The translations under genes were made by a program, and so were the position numbers. Shown here piece by piece: positions 30,300-39,723 of a DNA stretch of 64,000 nt. How positions within the stretch are numbered: the first letter of the stretch is position 1; every line of letters begins with the position of its first letter. The notes under the pieces were generated by a model, which searched no databases, was not told the origin of the DNA, and saw only the letters and a list, made by a program, of their open reading frames with translations. Source of the stretch: Candidatus Latescibacterota bacterium (lineage in GTDB: Bacteria; Latescibacterota; UBA2968); the NCBI GenBank assembly GCA_965198115.1, contig OZ240241.1, positions 6,816,001 to 6,880,000 of the forward strand. The letters are read 5' to 3'.

Positions 30300-30890
30300 T
30301 CAATGCGTCGCTTCTTCGCCCCAGATCTCTTTCAATCGACGATCGCGCCCACAGTTCCATCTGTAAACTCTGTACCGAACCGGGCTCTTCTTGTAGAAGT
30401 CCTGGTGGTAGCTTTCGTCACCCTTGATTGGATAGAAGGTTGAGGCACTCAGTATTGGCGTCACAACGTGGTTGTCGGGGAATCTTCTCTGAACGTTTTT
30501 CTTCGTCTCTTCAGCAATCTTCTGCTCAGCCTCGTTGCTGACGAAAATAGCACTCAAGTAGCTGAATCCTTTGTCGCAAAACTGCCCGTCCGCATCGAAA
30601 GGATCGATGTTCACCCAATAGTAGTCCAACAATGCCCTGTAGCTGACAATGTCGGGATCGTAGGTAATCTCGACAGCTTCATAGTGGCCTCGATGATTGC
30701 CGTTGTAAGTCGGATTCTCAACCACGCCCCCAGTGAATCCAGAGATCACATCGGTTACACCCTCGAGCTTCTCGAAGTCCGACTCCATGCACCAGAAGCA
30801 TCCTCCAGCCAATACTGTCTTTTCAGCTCGTGCGCTGGTGACAGAGAGAAGGGCAATCCCCAGGAACAGAAATCCAAACGCTCTTTTCAT
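30300..30890 (-). CDS. msrA: Peptide-methionine (S)-S-oxide reductase with signal peptide
   Basis: AGGCFWCME, HYEAVEITYDP, GQFCDKG, ESYHQDFY; leader MKRAFGFLFLGIALLSVTSARA. Confidence 0.95.
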   Translation of the reverse strand: MKRAFGFLFLGIALLSVTSARAEKTVLAGGCFWCMESDFEKLEGVTDVISGFTGGVVENPTYNGNHRGHYEAVEITYDPDIVSYRALLDYYWVNIDPFDADGQFCDKGFSYLSAIFVSNEAEQKIAEETKKNVQRRFPDNHVVTPILSASTFYPIKGDESYHQDFYKKSPVRYRVYRWNCGRDRRLKEIWGEEATH

Positions 30891-30967
30891 CTTCCGTCCC
30901 CGCTCCTGGTGGGGATCGCGGTCTTCCGCCACGTGCTGGTTCGAATCCAGCCGTTCGCGGTGATTGC

Positions 30968-32068
30968 TCATACTACCTTGCCTCCTATGGCGGTTGCGGA
31001 CTCACCCTCGAGCATCCACGCGAGGTTGAACCGAGCGAGCATCACCTTGTGGTGGTCGATGTCTGACCCGACGTTCGCGCTGCGGCCGATCTCGAAGAGA
31101 AGGTAGACGTTGCCCTGATCGTCGGCGGTGATGGACGAGTAGGCGCTGGGTCCAGGGTAGACGAGACGCTTGACGGTCCAGGTTGTCGCGCCATCGAAGC
31201 TTGCCCAGACCGTCATACGGACACGTGTGCTGCCGGGATTGTCGGGTGTACTGAAGAGGAGCACGTCCTTCCCGTTGGTTGCCTCAGGAGGGATTCGCAC
31301 GAGGCCCGACCCACAACCATAGGCGGGTTTCGTTCCGTACTTGTAGTAGAAGGGCTCGCCTATTTCACGGAGTGTATCACAGACGTGCCAGTCCGTCCAC
31401 CGTTCGCCGCCGTCGTGGCTCCAGGCAATGCGACGTCGATGATCGATCGCCATGTGACAGCGTGAGTTGTAGTAGATGCGTCCATCGGAGAGTTCAGCGA
31501 GTCCGCCTTCTCCGGTGCCGCTCTGCACCGGTTCGCTGACCTGCCACGTCTTGCCGCCGTCGTCGCTGTAGATGGAGGTGTTGTAGTTGTAGGGCCAGTA
31601 CTCCATTGCGTTGTCGCCGACGGAAGGCTGCACGCGAACCGGTACGAGGAGACGACCTCGATGGTCACCGTGCTGCAGCGTCACGCCAGGATCGGAGGCG
31701 GTGCCGTCCGCGGGCGAATTATCCGGTCCGCCGTGGCCGGCTGCGTTTGGAGCAATCGTAGTCGTTTCGTGTTGCCAGGTCTTTCCGTGGTCAGGGCTCC
31801 GCCAGAGGGAGGCATCTTTAGCGCGTACAAGCAGGATGTCGTCGGTGTTCCGGTCGACGACGACGTTACATCCACCTGCTTCCAGCTCTTCGACCGGGCT
31901 CCACGTCTGTCCAGCGTTTTCGCTGCGTCGCATCAGTCGACCGCCCTGGAGGAAGGCGAGGATGGATCCGTTTGCGGCGACGGCGATCTTCGGGCCACGG
32001 ATCCTGGGCGAAATCTCGAAGAGCTCATTCAGGTCGAAGAACGGTTCTTCACGAACGTTGTCGTTCAC
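30968..32068 (-). CDS. Sialidase-family (GH33-like) protein
   Basis: Asp-boxes SENAGQTW, SPDHGKTW, SDDGGKTW, SHDGGERW, SFDGATTW; GPSAYS; GTG start with a GGAG RBS. Confidence 0.85.
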   Translation of the reverse strand: MNDNVREEPFFDLNELFEISPRIRGPKIAVAANGSILAFLQGGRLMRRSENAGQTWSPVEELEAGGCNVVVDRNTDDILLVRAKDASLWRSPDHGKTWQHETTTIAPNAAGHGGPDNSPADGTASDPGVTLQHGDHRGRLLVPVRVQPSVGDNAMEYWPYNYNTSIYSDDGGKTWQVSEPVQSGTGEGGLAELSDGRIYYNSRCHMAIDHRRRIAWSHDGGERWTDWHVCDTLREIGEPFYYKYGTKPAYGCGSGLVRIPPEATNGKDVLLFSTPDNPGSTRVRMTVWASFDGATTWTVKRLVYPGPSAYSSITADDQGNVYLLFEIGRSANVGSDIDHHKVMLARFNLAWMLEGESATAIGGKVV

Positions 32069-32196
32069 ATCTTCTCCGAGTGGTTTAATTGCATATTGGC
32101 CACCTGTAGTATGGACAGAGGCAGGATTACTCTTGTCCTTCGTCAGGCTCGGATAAACTCCATTAGTAGTCCTTGCTTGCGATTCGCAATGGGCGT

Positions 32197-32222
32197 GTTC
32201 TCGACTCCCGCTCGAACTGACG
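32197..32222. repeat. Structured intergenic element GTTC-TCGACTCCCGCTC-GAAC-TGACG
   Basis: 13-nt core and TGACG tail identical to the 55185 copy, with a different but complementary 4-bp stem. Confidence 0.75.
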
Positions 32223-32291
32223 CCGCGAGGAGTGTACCAAAAGAGGACGTTACGACTTCGTTGGATTCCGCTATTTATGTGTACTCGCGCG

Positions 32292-33179
32292 CTACGAGCC
32301 GTCTTTGTGCCGTGGACGGTAGGGAACGGCCTCCTGAACCCCATAGGTAAGACTCGTCCCGTCGTCTTCAACCACGGGCCGGTTGTAGACGTAAGGGGGT
32401 TCCACAACGGCGCGCTGCACATCTGTCAGTTCGCTCACCCAATCGGGCTGGCTCGTCTCGATGAAGCCCTGATGAAAATTGAGGTATCTGGATACGTATC
32501 GGTAGAGAAGGGAGCGCCGGTTGTGGTCTGCCTTCCAGGGCAATGCGCCGTGGAGCGTCGCCTCGAGGAAGATCACCATGTCCCCGGCTTTGCTGGCTAC
32601 GTTGTGCACCGCTTCTTGGTCCTCGCTGTGGAGCAGAATGTCCTCGGGACACTTGAAATTCGCCTTGTGGCTGCCTGGTATGACCGTGACGCCGCCATCG
32701 CCGGGATTGATATCTGCCAGCTGGAATTGGAAGACGGCCATGCCGGTACGGATCTGGCCGTTCTGATAGTGGTAGAACATCCCCTCGTCGAAATACCAGC
32801 TTGAAGCTCCGTGGAGGCCGTGACCTCCGGACCCCTTCCTGGCCATGATGATGAAAGGCTCCTGGTCCATTCGCCAACCCTGACCGAAGAGAGTGTTGAG
32901 GTACGGGATGAGCTTCGGGTGGGCGATGATGTCACGGAATGGCTGGCACCACGGCTGGTCCCACGTCAGCATATCTCTCACGGACGCGGCCTGGTAAGGG
33001 CCGTCCATTCCGCCGCCGTAGGTGCTTCCTTCGGCGTAGAACCCTTCCGCCCCTTCGTCGACGTTGGCATCGACGGCTTCGTTGAGCGCTCGGACTTCGT
33101 CGTCGGTCAGAAAGTTCTTCACGACCAGGTAGCCCTGCAGGTCGAAGAGAAACTTTTCGCGATCTGTCATTTCAAGCAT
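32292..33179 (-). CDS. PhyH-family Fe(II)/2OG enzyme with HxA in place of HxD
   Basis: FDLQGYL, GLHGA, VIPGSHK, AGDMVIF, LHGA, RRSLLYRY. Confidence 0.88.
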   Translation of the reverse strand: MLEMTDREKFLFDLQGYLVVKNFLTDDEVRALNEAVDANVDEGAEGFYAEGSTYGGGMDGPYQAASVRDMLTWDQPWCQPFRDIIAHPKLIPYLNTLFGQGWRMDQEPFIIMARKGSGGHGLHGASSWYFDEGMFYHYQNGQIRTGMAVFQFQLADINPGDGGVTVIPGSHKANFKCPEDILLHSEDQEAVHNVASKAGDMVIFLEATLHGALPWKADHNRRSLLYRYVSRYLNFHQGFIETSQPDWVSELTDVQRAVVEPPYVYNRPVVEDDGTSLTYGVQEAVPYRPRHKDGS

Positions 33180-33300
33180 GGCAATCCCCCATCGCATATT
33201 CTTTGGTCACCCACGTGATTTCAGGCCCCAGACCACCGCCTCATCCGACGGGAAGGTTAAAGGGGGGTGCCGCACCGGGCAACGGGAATGTGGGGCGGCA

Positions 33301-33335
33301 TTGACCAGTGACAAATGACCATTGACAATTGACAA
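33301..33335. repeat. Degenerate heptamer tandem array
   Basis: TTGACCA GTGACAA ATGACCA TTGACAA TTGACAA. Confidence 0.85.
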
Positions 33336-33393
33336 AAGGGTCTATTGGATTCCCTTACGTCAGTCGGTGATCAGTGGTTAACGGGAGGACCTA

Positions 33394-35613
33394 ATGGACA
33401 TTGTCGGCTACAGCGATCGTTTCGGCGTCCAGCCGGGAGAGTCGGTCAGCTTCATGGTCAGCAGTCGGTCGCCCACCTATCACGCCGAGATCGTGCGCTT
33501 GAGGCATATCGACGAGAGTCCCGATGGGCCCGGCTTCAAGTCCGATCCGGTGGCGTCAGATATCAGCGGTGACTACGAGGGCAAGCCGCACGCGATCCGG
33601 ACCGGGTCGTACGTCAATGTCCCGCACGACCGGAAGCTCGATTGTGCCGATGAGTTCACGCTGCGGGCCTTGATCTACCCTACGACGCCCGAGAAAGGCG
33701 TGCAGGGCCTACTCACCAAATGGGATGATCGTGAGCAGTCAGGCTACGCGATGGTGATCGAGGAAGATGGGAGCCTGGGACTTTGGATCGGCGACGGGAA
33801 AGGACAAGTCCAGAAAGTCCGAACCGGCGTCGGCTTGAAAGCCTCGCACTGGTACCTTATCGGTGCGACCTACGACGCCGCATCAGGGAGGGTGTGCCTC
33901 TATCAGGAGCCCATCGCTCGGTGGCCCGTCGAGAATCCTTCAGCCGCGGTCGAAGAAACCATCCGATCGGGGGCCATCGGTATCAACTCGGACGCCTTCT
34001 TGATGGCGGCCTACTGGCAAAAGAAGAAGGACGATGACAACGTCACAACAGCGCACTTCAACGGAAAGATCGAGGGACCACGTCTCTACCATCGGTCGTT
34101 CGAGCGGATCGAGCAGCTGAGAGGCGCAGAGGTCGAAGCGGATGAAGGTCTTGTCGCTAGCTGGGATTTCTCCCGCGATTTCTCTTCGAGTAAGGTGACG
34201 GACACGTCGTCTCAGGGCCTGCATGGACGAACGGTGAACATCCCGATGCGCGCTGCAATTGGTCACAACTGGACAGGAGAGGAAGCCGATTTCCGCGCCA
34301 AGCCATCAGAGTACGGTGCCATCTATTTCCACGATGATGATCTGGAGGATGCGGGCTGGGATGTCGGGTTCGAATGGACGATTCCCGATGAACTGCCGAG
34401 CGGCATCTACGCGGCTCATCTGCACGCAGAGGATGGTGAAGACTACGTTCCGTTCGCAGTGAGACCATCAAAGAATGCCGCTCGATCTCCCATCGCCTTT
34501 CTAGCGCCCTCAGTCACTTACCTCGCATATGCAAACCAGCAGTATAACGATCCGATGAGGGTCGAGCTGGGGCGTGTTGATAGTGAAGATGTGAATCCGC
34601 GAGATCAGTACATGCGTGACCAGAAATTGATGAGTCTCTACGACATGCACAGCGATGGTACGGGGGTGTGCTATTCATCGCGATTGCGGCCCATCATGAA
34701 CATGAAGCCGGGATATCGTAACGCGGCGTTGTCACTCGCTGCCGGCTGGCCACACGGATTGAACGCGGACATGCATCTGCTCGACTGGATGGATGCGAAG
34801 CCGTTCGACTACGACGTGATCACGGATGACGACTTGCATCACGAAGGCACGGAACTTCTCGAACCCTATCGTGTAATCGTAACGGGCACGCATCCCGAAT
34901 ACTGGACCCTTCAGATGCTCGATGGGATGGCATCGTATCTCGCCGGTGGTGGGCGGATCATGTATCTAGGCGGGAACGGATTTTACTGGGTGACCTCATT
35001 CGATCCGGAACGCCCGCACATCATCGAGATCAGACGGTGGGGCGGGACACGTGCCTGGGAGGCGTTGCCCGGCGAGTATCATCACAGCACGACCGGCGAG
35101 CTCGGTGGTCTCTGGCGGTTTCGGAACCGGGCGCCGCAGCGATTGGTCGGTGTGGGTTTCGTATCGATGGGCAGCGGGGTGAACCGGCCCTACAGACGCC
35201 AGCCGGACAGTTTCGACGATAGGGCCGCTTTCATCTTCGAGGGAATCGAAGATGAGGAGCTGATTGGAGACTTTCCATCGCTGGTCTACGGACACGGGGC
35301 CGCGGGCTTCGAGATCGACCGTATAGATCACGCCTTGGGAACCCCGAGCCATGCTCTGCTCTTGGCGCAATCTTTCGGCCACTCGGATGAGTACCAGCTG
35401 GTCATCGAAGATCAGAAAGCGTCTGGCGGTCCAACTGGTGGTAGCGAGAGCCGGCTCGTCCACGCTGATATGGTCTACCACGAAGGGCCCAACGACGGTG
35501 CAGTGTTCTCAGTCGGATCCATCAGCTGGTGCGGAAGCCTCTCTTACAACGACTATATCAACAATGTTTCGAAGGTGACGGAGAACGTGCTTCGCCGCTT
35601 CTCGTCGGGCTAG
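33394..35613 (+). CDS. N,N-dimethylformamidase beta-subunit family protein with a LamG-like domain
   Basis: TYLAYAN, SLYDMHSDGTG, SSRLRP, GTHPEYWT, YLGGNGFYW, VFSVGSISW; GGAGG RBS. Confidence 0.92.
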   Translation: MDIVGYSDRFGVQPGESVSFMVSSRSPTYHAEIVRLRHIDESPDGPGFKSDPVASDISGDYEGKPHAIRTGSYVNVPHDRKLDCADEFTLRALIYPTTPEKGVQGLLTKWDDREQSGYAMVIEEDGSLGLWIGDGKGQVQKVRTGVGLKASHWYLIGATYDAASGRVCLYQEPIARWPVENPSAAVEETIRSGAIGINSDAFLMAAYWQKKKDDDNVTTAHFNGKIEGPRLYHRSFERIEQLRGAEVEADEGLVASWDFSRDFSSSKVTDTSSQGLHGRTVNIPMRAAIGHNWTGEEADFRAKPSEYGAIYFHDDDLEDAGWDVGFEWTIPDELPSGIYAAHLHAEDGEDYVPFAVRPSKNAARSPIAFLAPSVTYLAYANQQYNDPMRVELGRVDSEDVNPRDQYMRDQKLMSLYDMHSDGTGVCYSSRLRPIMNMKPGYRNAALSLAAGWPHGLNADMHLLDWMDAKPFDYDVITDDDLHHEGTELLEPYRVIVTGTHPEYWTLQMLDGMASYLAGGGRIMYLGGNGFYWVTSFDPERPHIIEIRRWGGTRAWEALPGEYHHSTTGELGGLWRFRNRAPQRLVGVGFVSMGSGVNRPYRRQPDSFDDRAAFIFEGIEDEELIGDFPSLVYGHGAAGFEIDRIDHALGTPSHALLLAQSFGHSDEYQLVIEDQKASGGPTGGSESRLVHADMVYHEGPNDGAVFSVGSISWCGSLSYNDYINNVSKVTENVLRRFSSG

Positions 35614-35637
35614 CTGGGGCGTTGCCCAAGACGGTTG

Positions 35638-36123
35638 CTATAACCAGCGTCGTACAGTGCTACGATAGGCGGTGTACTCTTCCTTAAAAGCCGTCGAGAG
35701 GTAGCGCTCCTCGCGGCAAATTACGAGGAAATGCAGAGACGCGATCACAGCAGGAAAGAAGAAGAAAGGCCAGCAGGCGTTGACCAGGACGGACACACCG
35801 AGAAAGAGCGCAGACAAGGAAAGATACATGGGATTTCGGCTGAGGCGATAAGGGCCCCAAGTGACCAGACGCGTCGCCGGGCGGTTCGGGAAGACCGGTG
35901 TACGTTGTTGCCAGAAGGTCAGCATCGCCCACCCAGAAAGGCCTGCCCAGGCACCGATCAGGAGCCACCCGACAATGACGCTGGCAGCCCTCCAATGAGC
36001 AGGGACGATGTGCAGCGGTACCCACTGGTGAAGCAGGATCCCCGCACCCAAGGGAAGAACGAAGATCAAGGGCGGCGGAAAGCCCACCCCAGGGTGGAGC
36101 GGAGCTTCATCGCCCCGCGCCAT
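35638..36123 (-). CDS. Isoprenylcysteine carboxylmethyltransferase / PEMT family membrane protein
   Basis: LVTWGPYRLSRNPMYL, REERYL, YRSTVRRW. Confidence 0.9.
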   Translation of the reverse strand: MARGDEAPLHPGVGFPPPLIFVLPLGAGILLHQWVPLHIVPAHWRAASVIVGWLLIGAWAGLSGWAMLTFWQQRTPVFPNRPATRLVTWGPYRLSRNPMYLSLSALFLGVSVLVNACWPFFFFPAVIASLHFLVICREERYLSTAFKEEYTAYRSTVRRWL

Positions 36124-36183
36124 CCCTTCTTCGGCATTAGGTCGCTCCACGTGTTGTCCAGCTGTCTCGAGTGTTCGAGGTCG

Positions 36184-36444
36184 TCATCGGGTTGCTTCGT
36201 TGTCGTTAAACCTCGATTGGTTCAACCCCGATAATGTGTGGAAGAAGATCGCGTAGGGGACGATGAACAATGGGATCATCCCGGTTGGGAAAGCGATCAT
36301 CTGGTTGGGCACGGTTGGAAAGAACAGCTGGAGCGGTGTTTCTTTCACGCTCGCCCCACTGAACGTGTAGGTGCCCAACACGTGGAAGGGTATGAACATC
36401 ATTGAACCCGCAACAATGATGTATGTCAGGGGATGTGCGTCCAT
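36184..36444 (-). pseudogene. Probable membrane-protein fragment
   Basis: Hydrophobic 86 aa; PNQMIAFPTGMIPLFIVPYAIFFH looks like the C-terminus of a larger membrane protein; no clear RBS. Confidence 0.4.
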
Positions 36445-36631
36445 CGGCTATGGTATTGATAGACCCTCAACGACGGGATCGACTCTCGAGCGGAACCCGC
36501 TGCCGCAAGAAGAGATCCTCGGTTTCCAGTGGACAGGACAGTAGAGATCGGAGAATTGGCCCCGGCTCTAAGAACTGGGATGACAACCCTTCGTTGGATC
36601 TATGCAACCCAGTTTCGACTCCCAGTGCTTG

Positions 36632-37603
36632 TTATCGTCTGTCGCGGCGGAGGTCCAGCCACTCCATTTCTTCGTCCGTGAGCCTGACTTCCAGGGCGCG
36701 GATGTTCTCTCGATACTCATCGCCGGTGAAAGTCCCGATCAGGGCGTAGATGTCGAGGCCGGGCTGTTGAACAACGTAGGCCAGTGCGACCTGCGGAACA
36801 GATATTCCCTTCTCTTTCCCTAGCTCTTCCGCTCGATCCATCCGTTTGAAATTGTCTTCGTGAGCATAGCAACGCGTAACCGGTTCGGGGAAGTCGCCTT
36901 TGACCTCTTCCCAGTTGCCGCGTGTGATTCGACCCGAAAAGAACCCCTGGGCCAGCGATGACCACGTGAAGAGGGGAATGTTTTGCTGCGCGTACCAAGC
37001 GCGATCGTCGGTCGCCTGCGGACCACTGATCGAGATGCAGTCCGCCCACGGCTCGTCTGCTTGCTCGGCCAGACTGAAATTAGGGCTGCTGACGGTGAAC
37101 GGCCGCAGACCGTGCTTCTCTGCGTATTCGTTCGCTTCCTCAAGCCGGGTGGGTCTCCAGTTGGAACCGCCGAACGTTCCGATCTGGCCTGCCGCGTGAT
37201 ATTCGTTCAGGATTTCCACAATAGGGCCGACCGATACATCGGGATCGTCGCGATGTAGAACGTAGATGTCAAGAAAGTCCGTCCGCAATCTGGCGAAAGA
37301 GTCGTGGATGTCGGCGGAAATGTCGAAAGGAGTTACGCGTTTGCGGTCAGCGCTGTGATGTGCCCCTTTTGTAAGAATGACGACATCGTCTCGGTTGCCT
37401 CTCGTCTCCATCCATTGGCCAAGAACACGCTCGGAGTGACCGCCCCCATAGCCGTGGGCCGTGTCCCACGTGCGGCACCCAGCTTCGTAAACCGCGTCGA
37501 GGAGTTCGAACCCTTCCTCAAGCTTGTCCCCTCTCAGCATGATGGCGCCGTGGACGAGGCGGCTTACCGGCTTGTTCACGCCATCGATGTTTCCGTATTC
37601 CAT
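36632..37603 (-). CDS. Aldo/keto reductase
   Basis: WDTAHGYG, ILTKG, DIYVLHRDD, GGSNW, WSSLAQG. Confidence 0.93.
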   Translation of the reverse strand: MEYGNIDGVNKPVSRLVHGAIMLRGDKLEEGFELLDAVYEAGCRTWDTAHGYGGGHSERVLGQWMETRGNRDDVVILTKGAHHSADRKRVTPFDISADIHDSFARLRTDFLDIYVLHRDDPDVSVGPIVEILNEYHAAGQIGTFGGSNWRPTRLEEANEYAEKHGLRPFTVSSPNFSLAEQADEPWADCISISGPQATDDRAWYAQQNIPLFTWSSLAQGFFSGRITRGNWEEVKGDFPEPVTRCYAHEDNFKRMDRAEELGKEKGISVPQVALAYVVQQPGLDIYALIGTFTGDEYRENIRALEVRLTDEEMEWLDLRRDRR

Positions 37604-37644
37604 TGAAACTCCAGTGAGAAGGGAGTAGGCAGAAGGAAAGGCGG

Positions 37645-38625
37645 CTACTCCATGGGATATTTCAATCCCCAGTGGGTGCGGATGCGGTCGAGGGTGTTCA
37701 TGATTGCGATGGTTTCGTCCAGCGGCATGATGTCGCTTTCGGTTTTCCCCTCATTCACGCATTTGGCGACTTCAGCGGCCTCGCAGTTGTAGCCGTTGCC
37801 CTCGTAAGGCGCGTCGATGACTTCCTCGTTGTTGCCCTTGACGAGGATGGCCCTGGTGCCGCTCCAGAATGTTAGGAGTCGGATGTACCCATCGGTGCCG
37901 ATGATGGTCGCATCGTGAGGGGTCCTCGATCGGATTGCGCAGGACAGCAAGGCGAGACGGCCTTCCTCCCCATAGCCGAAGACTATCGCGCCCTGTTCGT
38001 CAACGCCTGTCTCGCCGATCTGGGCACCACCTGCGATGTCCGTTGGTTGCCCACCCATGATCATCGAGGCGAGCGACACGGTGTAGACGCCGATGTCGAG
38101 CAGGGCACCGCCTGCCAGGGCCGGGCTGAAGAGACGGCCCTCCGGATTGACATTCGCTCGGAAGCCGAAGTCGGCGGAAACCATGCGTACATCACCAATA
38201 TCGCCGTTCGCGATCCGCTTCCGGGCCTCTATGATCACCGGGAGGAAGCGCGTCCACATGGCTTCCATGAGAAAGAGGTTTTTCTCTCTCGCGACGGAGA
38301 CGAGTTCGCGTGCTTCGGCTTCGTTGACGGTAAACGGTTTTTCGCAGAGTACGGCCTTGCCGTGCTCGAGACAGAGGATGCTGTTGTCCTTGTGCATCGG
38401 GTGGGGCGTCGCGACATAAATAGCGTCGACGAGCGGATCGGCAGCGAGATCTTCATAGCTGCTGTGCCGCGTCGGGACGTTGAACTCGTTGCCGAACGCA
38501 TCCGCGTTGTCCTGCGTACGGGATCCGACTGCGACAAGCTGGGCATCGTCCAGCGCCTGGAGTCCTGTTGCAAACTTCCGGGCGATGCTGCCACAACCGA
38601 GGATACCCCAACGGAGTGCGTTCAC
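37645..38625 (-). CDS. Gfo/Idh/MocA oxidoreductase
   Basis: WGILGCGSIA, YVATPH, VLCEKP, MEAMWTRF, GGALLDIGVY. Confidence 0.95.
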   Translation of the reverse strand: MNALRWGILGCGSIARKFATGLQALDDAQLVAVGSRTQDNADAFGNEFNVPTRHSSYEDLAADPLVDAIYVATPHPMHKDNSILCLEHGKAVLCEKPFTVNEAEARELVSVAREKNLFLMEAMWTRFLPVIIEARKRIANGDIGDVRMVSADFGFRANVNPEGRLFSPALAGGALLDIGVYTVSLASMIMGGQPTDIAGGAQIGETGVDEQGAIVFGYGEEGRLALLSCAIRSRTPHDATIIGTDGYIRLLTFWSGTRAILVKGNNEEVIDAPYEGNGYNCEAAEVAKCVNEGKTESDIMPLDETIAIMNTLDRIRTHWGLKYPME

Positions 38626-38643
38626 AGTAAAACCTCTATAGCT

Positions 38644-38708
38644 GGTGGACAGTGGGCGGTCGACCCACCTTCGCCAAGGCTTCGGCGGGCAGGCAGTGGA
38701 CGGTGTCT
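38644..38708. repeat. GGTGGAC-type heptamer array interrupted by a 30-nt hairpin element ending CAGG
   Basis: GGTGGAC AGTGGGC GGTCGA[CCCACCTTCGCCAAGGCTTCGGCGGGCAGG]C AGTGGAC GGTGTCT. Confidence 0.8.
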
Positions 38709-38742
38709 CTGGTTTGCGTGACTGAATCGCATCGGGGTTCGG

Positions 38743-39513
38743 CTATCGTGCCGCTTTTAGCGGGGTTCTAGATGGGCGGGCGTCGATGGCGAAGGGGAAG
38801 GTGCCTTCGTAGCCGCGGGCGCGAGAAACGAACCAGGCGCCCTCATACATGGGAGTTAATTGATAGTGACAGACGACGTTGCTCCGTTCGACACTGTCGT
38901 CTTCTTTTACGCCCTGATGAGGGATGTGGCTGATGAAGACGACGGCGTCACCGGCCTTAGGATAAATGACGACGTGCTCCTGAGCCTCACACCAGGCCTC
39001 GAACTTTGCCCGATCGAACGGATCTTCGTCCAGGTGACCTGGCTCGAAGGTGTGCCCGCGCTTGATGAACTTGAGGTGGGCGATGCCGGGGCCGTTGTCC
39101 TGAAAATAGAAGGTCGTGTTGACACCGACGGGTGGAACGGCGAGACGATATTTTTCAGCCCGTCGCTTCTCCTGCCAGTAGCCGTAGAAGTCCAGGTGCC
39201 ATTCCTGGTGGTAGGGCCCTGGGTTGATGTGCGCCCTGAAACTCCGCAGCTGGCATTGAGGGCCCATCATTCCCTCGAGCACAGGGCGGATGCTTTCGTG
39301 TCCGACGAGCGGTCCGAAGACTTCGGGTTCCCTGTCGAGGAGGGTGTCGAACCACATGTTTTCGACCTCGTTCAGCCCCTCCTCCCAGCCCTTCTCCCGC
39401 GCCTGATTGATGTGGACGCGGACTTCCTCGGTTTGTTCAGTGTCGAGCGCGTTTGGGATCAGGATGAAGCCTTCGGATTCCAATTCATCGAGTACTTCTT
39501 CAAGGTTGTTCAT
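38743..39513 (-). CDS. PhyH-family dioxygenase
   Basis: ESEGFI, EWHLD, AGDAVVF, IPHQG, RSN. Confidence 0.88.
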   Translation of the reverse strand: MNNLEEVLDELESEGFILIPNALDTEQTEEVRVHINQAREKGWEEGLNEVENMWFDTLLDREPEVFGPLVGHESIRPVLEGMMGPQCQLRSFRAHINPGPYHQEWHLDFYGYWQEKRRAEKYRLAVPPVGVNTTFYFQDNGPGIAHLKFIKRGHTFEPGHLDEDPFDRAKFEAWCEAQEHVVIYPKAGDAVVFISHIPHQGVKEDDSVERSNVVCHYQLTPMYEGAWFVSRARGYEGTFPFAIDARPSRTPLKAAR

Positions 39514-39723
39514 CTTTTTCTATGCTGAGCGGGTGATGGGGGGACGGGGCGAGTGGGAGAGCAGGCGTGGCGATGTCTTCTCCCTTCAGGTGAACACTCG
39601 AAGTCTACTCCTCTCCGCGGTTTTCCGTTGTTTCCTAGTGTCTTTCTGGTCATAGGGATACTTTGCGATTCCAGATTCGTTAAGGTCGATAGTGAGGTAA
39701 GGCAGTCGGGATGTGGCGACGGG

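Noticed and set aside
30935-30951. Perfect tRNA T-arm-like hairpin GCTGG-TTCGAAT-CCAGC
   Set aside because: No matching acceptor stem, D-arm or anticodon arm, and no CCA; treated as chance or a tiny remnant.
12723-36444. Integron cassette array (CPBP, VOC, SRPBCC, TA, ICMT-like small genes)
   Set aside because: No integrase, and I found no convincing RYYYAAC...GTTRRRY attC sites in the spacers inspected; IntegronFinder would be decisive.
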